Assembly (NCBI GenBank): GCA_964016885.1
Contig: OZ024747.1
Coordinates: 930,001-994,000, forward strand
Length of the DNA: 64,000 bases
Direction: 5' to 3'
DNA from: Eledone cirrhosa
Lineage: Eukaryota
Of this stretch, positions 53,676-64,000 are shown piece after piece. The stretch's first letter is position 1. Each line of letters begins with the position of its first letter. A model generated the notes under the pieces. It worked only from the letters and a program-made list of their open reading frames with translations. It was not told where the DNA came from and ran no database searches. Position numbers and translations under genes: made by a program.

Positions 53676-54293
53676 TCACACACACACTTATATAAATATA
53701 AATATATATATACTGTACATATAGGATAACACACCACCAACATTGTAGATTTGTTGCATGCTGATTAACATTTGGTAAAATATTTATCGAATTCAATCCC
53801 CAAATAACGTTAAACACATTTAAACTGATTTTGGTATATGACACTTTTTAAAGATCTCTTTTTTTAATATGATACATCTCTCTTTAAACATACACTGACT
53901 ATTCACACAAACACACACATACGAAGGCTCATGATATATATGAGACGAACTTACATATTGAACTTACATAAAGAGACGAACTTACATATTGAAGCATATA
54001 TGAGGATCTTTCGATTCCAGAGTCAGGTTCGATCAATAATAGATCGTTCGTCGAGCTGATCTACAGTGAAACATATGTAATATGTAATTAAATATGTTAT
54101 TATGCAACACTGATTGTTTGTTCCTTTATTCTTATGTTATATATATATATTAAAGAGTTAAACAATATTCAATGAGTATATCAAAGAATGAGTTTTACAG
54201 TAGATTGGAAGCACTCTACTAAAAATAATTTTCCAGAGTTATTAATATTAAAATACAAATATTAATAAAATAGATGTTCTTGTGATCAATTAA

Positions 54294-54346
54294 ATTTTAT
54301 TATACATATTTCAGATGTACAACAGTACGTCCTCATCAGACAAAAT
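54294..54346 (-). ncRNA. Type I hammerhead ribozyme (inverted copy)
   Basis: Reverse complement of 54451-54503. Confidence 0.8.
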
Positions 54347-54450
54347 ATAATGATACATGACATACCCCGAGATGTTAAATGGTTAAGATTTAATCTACCT
54401 TGATTAAATCTTAACCATTTAACATTTCAGGGTATGTCATGTATCATTAT

Positions 54451-54503
54451 ATTTTGTCTGATGAGGACGTACTGTTGTACATCTGAAATATGTATAATAA
54501 AAT
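54451..54503 (+). ncRNA. Type I hammerhead ribozyme
   Basis: attttgt-CTGATGA-gga c gtac tgtt gtac a tct-GAAA-tatgta-TA-ataaaat. Confidence 0.8.
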
Positions 54504-55329
54504 GTAATTGATAAAAAGAACATCTATTTTATTAATATTTGTATTTTAATATATATATATATATATATATATAATTACAATAGTGACATAAACAGGTACT
54601 GTTGAATACAAACGAACAACAAAAAATTAGGTACCCTAAAGCAAATGAACTGTTAATCTGCAAGGTGTTGGAAAGTGCAAGGAGTTGGAGAGGGCACTTG
54701 TTTCCTTCAGGAAATTCAATGGTCACAAGTCGATGACCACATTGATCTATTTCGTTGAATGCTGAGGGTCGTAGTCAAATCTGTAAAGGGGTGGGCTTCG
54801 CCGGACAGTACCTGCCCTAGTTTTGGCCTTATTATACGCTACATAATAAACACATTATTGAAGTTCATAGCAGTTCAGTGATGGTCCAGGTTAACAACGA
54901 CTGTGCCAAATATCATGATGGAGGTTTTAAGTACATCACAGGTAAAACATCGACAAATAAGTCTTGAGGGAGAGTCTATGTCACACTCGCAACATAAAAT
55001 ATTACAATACTGATGTATTGAGTACCTTACTGTCGTTACCCCCGATTGAACCCGGGACTCATATATATAATCTCATGCAAGATGCATTCCTTCATAGTGA
55101 TCCTATGAACTTTTCATCCGACTCTCGTAAAGAGAGAGGTGGAGAGGGTGGGGTAGATGAGAGGAGGTGGGGTAGATCAGCTGATGTACTCCACCCTCTC
55201 AAGGTAGGGTAGGAGAGTAGGGGCAGCCAGTTCTATTGTATCACGATTGTTAGAAAGGAGAGAATATCTAAAGTAAATCAGCAGAAGATGTTGCTATAGA
55301 AACTGTTATACTATACACACTCATATGTA

Positions 55330-55975
55330 TATATGTGTGTGTGTATACATAGATTATATATATATATATATATGTGTGTGTGTATACATAGATTATATAT
55401 ATATGTATATATGTGTGTGTATACATAGATTATATATATATATGTGTGTGTATACATAGATTATATATATATATATGTGTGTGTGTATACATAGATTATA
55501 TATATATGTATATATGTGTGTGTATACATAGATTATATATGTGTGTGTGTATACATAGATTATATATATATATATGTGTGTGTGTGTATACATAGATTAT
55601 ATATATATATATGTGTGTGTATACATAGATTATATATATATGTATATATGTGTGTGTATACATAGATTATATATATATGTGTGTGTGTATACATAGATTA
55701 TATATATATGTATATGTGTGTGTGTATACATAGATTATATATATATATATGTGTGTGTATACATAGATTATATATATATATATGTGTGTGTGTGTATACA
55801 TAGATTATATATATATATATGTGTGTGTGTGTATACATAGATTATATATATATATATATGTGTGTGTGTATACATAGATTATATATATATATGTGTGTGT
55901 GTGTATACATAGATTATATATATACATGTGTGTGTGTGTATACATAGATTATATATATATATGTGTGTGTGTGTA
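55330..55975. repeat. Tandem array of atacatagat-(TA)n-(TG)n units (~20 copies)
   Basis: Fixed 10-mer with variable internal microsatellites. Confidence 0.9.
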
Positions 55976-56137
55976 TATGGTAGGGACGCCATATTGACAT
56001 ACGGCGTTTCTTGGGGATTTTAGAAAACTTGGCTGTGAGGGAGAGTGAGAGAGAGTGAGAGAGAGAGAGACAGAGGGAGAGAGAGAGAGAGTGAGAGTTG
56101 GAGGGAGAGAGAGAGAGTGGGAGAGAGAGAGTGAGTG

Positions 56138-57120
56138 ATGGTGGTAGTGGTGTGGTGTGGTGGTGTAGTGGTGGTGGTGGTGAGGTGGGGTGGTGGTGCT
56201 GGTGTGGTGGTGCTGGTGTGGTGGTGGTGTGGTGGTGGTGGTGTGGTGGTGGTGTGGTGGTGTGGTTGTGGTGGGTGTGGTGGTGTGGTGGTGTGGTGGT
56301 GGTGTAGTGGTGTAGTGGTGGTGTAGTGGTGTAGTGGTGGTGTGGTGGTGGTGTGGTGGTGTGGTGGTGGTGGTGTGGTGGTGTGGTGGTGGTGTGGTGG
56401 TGGTGATGTGGGGTGGTGTGGTGGTGTGGTGTGGTGGTGGTGTGGTGGTGGTGTGGTGTGGTGGTGTGGTGGTGTGGTGGTGTGGTGGTGTGGTGTGGTG
56501 GTGGTGGTGTGGTGTGATGGTGGTGTGGTGGTAGTGTGGTAGTGCGGTGGTGGTAGTGGTGGTGTAGTGGTGGTATGGTGGTGTGGTGGTGGTGTGGTGG
56601 TGGTGTGGTGGTGGTGTGGTGGTGGTGTGGTGGTGGTGATGGTGGTGGTGTGGTGTAGTGTGGTAGTAGTGTGGTGGTGTGGTGATGGTGGTGGTGGTGG
56701 TGCTGGTGATGGGGGTGGTGTCGTGGTGGTGTGGTGGTGTGGTGGTGCTGTAGTGGTGGTATGGTTGTAGTGGTGGTGGTGTGGTGTTGGTTTGGTGGTG
56801 GTGGTAGTAGTGGTATGTGTGGCGGTGGTAGTGGGTGTGGTGGTGGTAGTGGGTGTGGTAGTGGGTGTGGTGGTGGTAGTGGTGGTGGTAGTGGTGGTGG
56901 TAGTGGTGGTGGTGTGGCAGTGTGTATAGATCTATCTATTCTGCTGCTTAACTCCAGGTCAACTCTCATCCACCACCCCCACTAACACCACCACCACCAC
57001 AACCATCACTAACATCACCACCACCACCACAATTACCACCACCACCACCACCATAACATCACCACCACCACCACCATACCACCACCACCACACCACGACC
57101 ACCACTACTACCACCATCAC
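56138..57120. repeat. (GGT/GGTGT)n tract followed by an oppositely oriented (CAC)n tract
   Basis: 56138-56915 is G-rich; 56970-57120 is C-rich. Confidence 0.9.
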
Positions 57121-57843
57121 GACCTCACACACACACACACGCAGACGACCTCACACACACACGCAGACGACCCCACCCACACATATGTTATATAACATGG
57201 ATTAACTATTCTTCCATGACTTTAAGTTATCAACCAGCTTTTGGTAAAATTCTCTGATCTAAAATTTAAACAGTGAAAATCATTTGCTACATTTGATATC
57301 AATTGGAAAATTCTCGACGGATGCAAGCCGTATATAAATGAAAGTAAAATCTGCAAATAAATTCAGAATGCACTAAAAACAGTAAGCTGTAGTCGAGAAG
57401 AAAAAAAAATCCTATACTGATGAATCTTAAGAAATTTTGACGTAAATTCTTTTAACTAAATCGAACTCTACATAACCACCTGACTGGTCAGATATACGAC
57501 AGAGATACACCATGAAAATATCCACATATATACACAATTTATTGACATTTTGTCTATTTTATTATTTTTAACACTGTTCAGCTAGATGAGTTCCAGCGAG
57601 ATCCTGTCAACAAAATCTCCATACGGTTTCAATACAGTCCTCGGTATCCGAATGGTTAAATATCAGTAGAAGGGCAGTTAGGAATCATGACCAGGGTGCG
57701 GCCTGACTCCCTTACAGTGTAAGACGTTAAGGACCGAAACACTTGCTTGGGTAGGGTTTCTCCTCTGAAGTCCTTCTGCTTTCCAGCTCTCCTGTCCTCT
57801 TTTATTTGTCACTAACGGTAATTTACCGAATTGCTTGTATGCA

Positions 57844-57905
57844 AATGAACTTCATCAGCCAATGTTCATAAACATAAAAGCTATGAGCTTTCAGCTTATT
57901 TCATC
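57844..57905 (-). ncRNA. Candidate type II hammerhead fold
   Basis: Minus strand: gatga..agct-GAAA-gct cat agc-TT-tt atgtt tatg aacat tgg-CTGATGA-agtt-catt. Confidence 0.4.
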
Positions 57906-58670
57906 TTAGCACCCAAGAGAGGTATGACCTGGCCAATGATGACGGTTAACCAACCAGGAACTGTACCGTCAAGGTGCTCTCCCTTGCTAAGAATAGTTGT
58001 GGCATAATCACCACTTTTAAAATTCATAACGCGGCTACAGAAATGTATATTTACATGAACATTTCATATACGCTTCAATATACAATATGTGTGTGTCATA
58101 TATATAGTAACCTGATCTATACAAGATGTCCGTAATTGTAAAAGTACCCGAGTCATGCTATCTTTTTTATTTATTTACCCCACCAAATCCTTCCATGCTA
58201 ACCCTTAAAAATGATAAATTTTTGACAGAAAAATGTATTTTCTGCAGAAAGTTTTGCATTATTTTCATAAGAATGTTTCTTTTTCTCTCCTGACCCTTAA
58301 AAACTATCTTTTTACAATAAAAATATTTTTTCTATTTATCCTTAAATTGAAAATATTTTTAAAAATAAAGATATTTATTCTTGAGATGGAAATTGTTCCG
58401 TTTTAAACTTTTTTTCCTTCTTCATATTTAATGTTTGTCTTTTCATAGCGTGCTGAATCCACACACACACACACACACGTAAACACACACACACACACAC
58501 ACACACCCGTAAACATACACACATACACACACACGTACATACACATACACACACACACACAGTAGAATGTCTTCCTCAAGCAAGTGTTTCATTTATATAA
58601 CTTAAAAAGAAATTTACAATTCAAAACGAAAAAGAACGAGAAAGGAATTAAATAGGGAAAGTAAGAGATG

Positions 58671-59920
58671 GCGACACACTCTCCACCCCAGTCTAGGGGG
58701 TATGTCACAATTGTACCCCAGTAGCGGCACACTCTCCACCCCAGTCTAGGGGGTATGTCACAATTGTACCCCAGTAGCGGCACACTCTCCACCCCAGTCT
58801 AGGGGGTATGTCACAATTGTACCCCGGAAGTGGCACACACCCCAGTCTAGGGGGTATGTCACAATTGTACCCCAGTAGCGGCACACTCTCCACCCCAGTC
58901 TAGGGGGTATGTCACAATTGTACCCCAGTAGCGGCTCACTCTCCACCCCAGTCTAGGGGGTATGTCACAATTGCACCCCAGTAGCGGCACACTCTCCACC
59001 CCAGTCTAGGGGGTATGTCACAATTGTACCCCAGTAGCGGCACACTCTCCACCCCAGTCTAGGGGGTATGTCACAATTGTACCCCAGTAGCGGCACACTC
59101 TCCACCCCAGTCTAGGGGGTATGTCACAATTGTACCCCAGTAGCGGCACACTCTCCACCCCAGTCTAGGGGGTATGTCACAATTGTATCCCAGTAGCGGC
59201 ACACTCTCCACCCCAGTCTAGGGGGTATGACACAATTGTACCCCAGTAGCGGCACACTCTCCACCCCAGTCTAGGGGGTATGTCACAATTGTACCCCAGT
59301 AGCGGCACACTTTCCACCCCAGTCTAGGGGGTATATCACAATTGTACCCCAGTAGCGGCACACTCTCCACCCCAGTCTAGGGGGTATGTCACAATTGTAC
59401 CCCAGTAGCGGCACACTCTCCACCCCAGTCTAGGGGGTATGTCACAATTGTACCCCAGTAGCGGCACACTCTCCACCCCAGTCTAAGGGGTATGTCACAA
59501 TTGTACCCCAGTAGCGGCACACTTTCCACCCCAGTCTAGGGGGTATGTCACAATGTACCCCGGAAGTGGCACACACCCCAGTCTAGGGGGTATGTCACAA
59601 TTGTACCCTGGAAGTGGCACACTCTCACCCCAGTCTAGAGGGTATGTCACAATTGTACCCCAGTAGCGGCACACTTTCCACCCCAGTCTAGGGGGTATGT
59701 CACAATTGTACCCCAGTAGCGGCACACTCTCCACCCCAGTCTAGGGGGTATGTCACAATTGTACCCCAGTAGCGGCACACTCTCCACCCCAGTCTAGGGG
59801 GTATGTCACAATGTACCCCGGAAGTGGCACACACCCCAGTCTAAGGGGTATGTCACAATTGTACCCTGGAAGTGGGACACTCTCACCCCAGTCTAGAGGG
59901 TATGTCACAATTGTACCCCC
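58671..59920. repeat. 53-bp GC-rich minisatellite (~23 copies)
   Basis: gcggcacactctccaccccagtctagggggtatgtcacaattgtaccccagta, with shorter ggaagtgg variant units. Confidence 0.95.
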
Positions 59921-60824
59921 AGGGTATAGAATGGTGAAGGCATTGTCATGTAGAACAGACAGCGTCACCTATTTCATCAGCTTCTTCAGGGAAGATACAC
60001 TCCTTGTAATTTTGTGAAGGAAAACAGTATTACGGGGACCCAAGACCCAAAAGGTTAGAACGGCGCCCATCAGGGTAAGGAATTGGTCGGTTAAATCTGG
60101 GTAGGTACTCTCAGGTTTTCAATAATCGTCTCCCACACCCCGATTTTCAAACATTGCTAATCTACCTCTGGCAAAATTTTATTGTAAGTGATTCATATCG
60201 ATACAGCAGCTGGCGAATCTAATAATAATTTTATTTTCATTTTACGAACGTAGACTCTACAATTACCGATTCCTCACCCCAACCCCGCTTATAAGAATTT
60301 AAGCAAATGTCCACCACCCTCTTATTCCTCCCACCCTATTATTTGGAACCCGAGAATGCCTATCTTCCTCTCCTCCGCATTACGGGTGATGGTGCCCGGA
60401 TTTCTTACATATAAATTTGTATTTATTTATGTCATGAAAATATATTTCTGACAAATTTGTAAATATGATATATTTTTTGTGAAAATTCTAACCTACGTAT
60501 GTTATGAAATCTGCTAAAGACAAATAAAGAAAAAGGATTATAGTGGGGTCTAGGAACACTTGTGGCTGGTTTATGTCTGCAAAATAGAAACTTTCAAAAT
60601 ATTCGACAATGTTAAGATTTGCTTTTAAAATTGCATAACCACAGAGCGTTACGATGTCTGTATATGAGGGGTGTAGTGTGTCTGTATGTGTGAGTAAGTG
60701 TGTGTGTGTGTGTACATATATATATATATATATATATACAGTGTATATATACATATATATATATATATACACATATATATATACATATACATATATATAC
60801 ATATATATATATATATATACAGTT

Positions 60825-60854
<30 letters not shown>

Positions 60855-60856
<2 letters not shown>

Positions 60857-61082
60857 GGGGCGATGGAAGCATCTCTGAATTGGGGGGGAGGGGGGTAAAT
60901 GTGGACAATTCAGTTGTAGTGGTTAGTTTAGCTCGTTGACTCTAAAAGGGTGAGAAAAGTTCGATATGAGATAAACATAACATGTACATAAATTGTAGCA
61001 CATATCCTGATGTGTTTTGGTAGTTTGGGGAGAAAATATTATTGGAGGGGGACATGCCCCACCCCCAGTTCCACCGCCACTG
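60855..61082. mobile_element. MITE with imperfect GC-rich TIRs inserted in (TA)n
   Basis: taggggcgatggaa...ttccaccgccactg. Confidence 0.55.
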
Positions 61083-61192
61083 TATATATATAATTAAAAG
61101 GAATTATGCTCTGTACCCTTTCCTAAGGGGTTAAGATATCGAGCTTCTTGGCATTTGGTAAGAAACTGGAATTGTACCCAATTTATTCATCT

Positions 61193-61227
<35 letters not shown>

Positions 61228-61252
61228 TACCACACACACACACACATACAGA

Positions 61253-61341
<89 letters not shown>

Positions 61342-61366
61342 TACCACACACACACACATACAGACA

Positions 61367-61435
<69 letters not shown>

Positions 61436-61487
61436 CAGGCTTAACTGGCCTTCGTCTCTAGTCCAGCAGTCGCAAGCGGTGGGAGGG

Positions 61488-61531
61488 ACCGTCCTGACGA
61501 AGGCCAGTTAAGCCTGAAATGCATAGACGGT
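61488..61531 (+). ncRNA. Minimal type I hammerhead ribozyme
   Basis: accgtc-CTGACGA-aggc cagttaa gcct-GAAA-tgca-TA-gacggt; an inverted partial copy lies at 61432-61456. Confidence 0.9.
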
Positions 61532-61685
61532 TGTCCCCCTTGCTTCTGCTGGACATCACCAGAGGGCGTTAGCCCCCCCCCCCCCCGGTGTTTGCATAGC
61601 TACGGCTTCCTAAAACCGTATTTCTTTGGAGATACGAAATATGTATACATATTGTATAAAGCTATGCTTGAAGCGAAATCCTATT

Positions 61686-61751
<66 letters not shown>

Positions 61752-62069
61752 CACACTCTCTCAACACCCCTCACTATATCAATTATCACCAAACAACCCC
61801 CCTCTCTATATCTACCATACAACCCTCTCTCAATTAACGCCAAACTCTCTCTCTCTGTACATTGACTACACGGAACTCTCTTCCAATCCCCCTCTCTATA
61901 TCAATAAACATCAATCTCTCCCCCTCTCTATATCTAATATAGAACTCACTCTCCCAACCTTCCTCTCTATATCAATTACCACTTGATATAGACGTGATTC
62001 ACTTTGCTCCAGATTCTTACGGATTGTTGTAAAAAAAAACTGAGTTTATTGATCAATTTAATAACATTG

Positions 62070-64000
62070 TTTGGTTTAGCCCCCTGCCTTGGCCGTCAGA
62101 CGTTAAGTCAACAAATTTTCATCTAAAAACTGTAGACTTGGTGGCAATGGATGCCATTTCCACCTCGCACACTGTCGTGAGTGCCACGCCCACTAAGAAA
62201 AGTGGTGGAGGGAAGGTAGGAGTGCAAAGCTTGCAGCCGTCCCCCCTCGCATCATCGAAAAACGTGGAAAATATCGAAACCGCGAAACCAAATCCGGCAA
62301 ATAATAGCAGCACCAACAACAAGAACAATGACAACAACACCACAACCAACAACTGCAACAATAGCAACACCAATATTACCAACAGTGACAGTAACACGAA
62401 AGACAACAACACCAAAACAACATTTGCACAGACCGTAAAAAAAAACGAACTATACACGCCAATAGACATAACAAATGCTAAACAACTATTACAAGACGCA
62501 AAACAATTCGTGACTTTTGGTGAAAACGGTGCTTTTAGCATTAATTCTCCACAGGAATTACGTAGAGAGGCTGTCCTGAAAACTGTGGTTTTCAGGACAA
62601 TATCGAACGTAACAAGAAAACCAGCTCAATTATCACAAAATGAAATTGAGCTGGTTCTAAAAGACGCAATGAAGGACTTAACCTTCATACAAAAAGGTAA
62701 ACTGTTTGGTAGCATTTCGGTGCTGATGAACAACCAGTCAACAGCACAAAAGTACTCGATAGCACCCATTGTGTCCCCCCCCCCCACTTCACCTTTTACC
62801 CCACATACAGGGGGAAAAGGACACAAAGAATAAAAATAATGAGTATCACACCAAATGTAAACATTTGGTGGATACTATGTGGAATAATAAACTTTGACGA
62901 AGACAAGATAATTTCAATAGGAAAGTCCTCCGGAGGTGTATTTGGTGGGACCACAGTAGAAGTTCTGGTGCAAATGAGCCCAGAACGAATAGCGAATATC
63001 CCACAACGCATGCCTCTGGACGGGCTAACTTATATAAACATTTCAGTGGAGGGAAGGCGGCCGTCATGTTTCCACTGCTTAAGCAGGGGTCACCTGAGGG
63101 CTGCCTGTCCTCAATTAACGAGTAAAAAAAAAAGGTTCTTCTGCCAACCCCGAACACAACAACACAACCACCACCACCAGCACCACCACAACAACACGGA
63201 AAAATAACAACACAAAACACTGTTCCACCCAACCCCTCCCCACCTAAAACAAATACAAAAGCAACCACAACAAAACCCCAAAATATACCCTTCCCCAACA
63301 ACACGGAAGAAGACTCCGTATCAACGTCACCCAGTGACGACGAACCCTTTCAACAGGTGAAAAGAAAAAAAAAAGGCACCACATTAACAAAAATGCCACA
63401 AACACACAGCCACCAGCACAAACAGAACAAACATCACAAATAAAAAAAACCACCCCTCCCCAAAACATAACACGTACTATAAAACGCAAACACCCGCAAG
63501 AACAACAAACAAAAACAAACACAACACAACAAAAACTCTATACATACATTAACAAGAACAATAAAACGTTGATGAAAGCGATAGAAAATAACCCTTCGGT
63601 GGAAACCGAAGGGATCACTTTCACCTACGCAGCGAACAAACCGCACCTAATGATGATTAGGGTCCCAACGGAAACCTATGTAACTTTGAAAAAGAACCAT
63701 CCAATGCATGTGGGGACCAACTGCACCAAACCACATAACAGCGTCCTATTGAGATGTTTCCCCACCCCCACACCAGACACCCACACCCCACCAAACACCC
63801 TAATCCCACCACACACTGATGTCCTCACCCCACCACAAACCACCACCCCACCAAACAACCCTTCCAACACCCCCATGGAAATTGTGCAGCCTGGCCCCCA
63901 GGAGACGAAGAGGTAAGTAATTTCCTTTCCTCTTCCTTTTTACCTCTTCAGCACCAACATGGCCAATATAAGAGTTGGATGTGTGAATGCACGCGGCTTG
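62070..64000 (+). mobile_element. L1/Tx1-like LINE 5' part: frameshifted ORF1 (gag-like, CCHC knuckle) and the start of ORF2
   Basis: ORF pieces 62138-62833, 62839-63207 (CFHCLSRGHLRAAC) and 63569-63916; ORF2 ATG at 63959, MANIRVGCVNARGL, runs off the window. Confidence 0.8.

Larger units (their letters stand above)
54245..54552. repeat. Fold-back with ~151-bp arms and a 6-nt loop
   Basis: 54245-54395 versus 54402-54552. Confidence 0.95.

Noticed and set aside
55914-56969. 351-aa Pro/His/Thr extensin-like ORF
   Set aside because: Translation of a (GGT)n-type repeat
59925-60015. LRR-like peptide LKKL..LHDNAFTILYPG on the minus strand
   Set aside because: In-frame stop, single repeat, no clear exon boundaries

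Overview
Repeat-saturated animal genomic DNA, most likely an octopus or other coleoid cephalopod (inferred from SINE sequences I recognise and the extreme (TA)n/(CA)n/(TATG)n density). Almost all ORFs in the supplied track are microsatellite artefacts, and no intact host CDS can be named. Real coding signal comes from retroelement remnants: Penelope-like elements (PLEs) with a C-terminal GIY-YIG endonuclease (Naiad-like), R4/Dong-type LINEs, RTE, CR1 and L1/Tx1 LINEs. There are also tRNA-derived SINEs, a non-autonomous Helitron, MITEs and many minisatellites. The main hidden layer is a dense set of hammerhead ribozyme (HHR) motifs. About 8 type I HHRs have an intact core in mutually unrelated sequences, several more are variant or decayed, and there is one candidate type II fold. 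Most sit in PLE end fragments wedged between (TA)n tracts and are very often accompanied by fold-back inverted duplications. Several minisatellites can be traced to specific pieces of LINEs/SINEs. An ETS-CRE/YY1 promoter with a GTAAGT donor near 36.1 kb suggests that the left half of the window is intronic in a minus-strand host gene. All folds and alignments were done by eye; no database or folding software was run.
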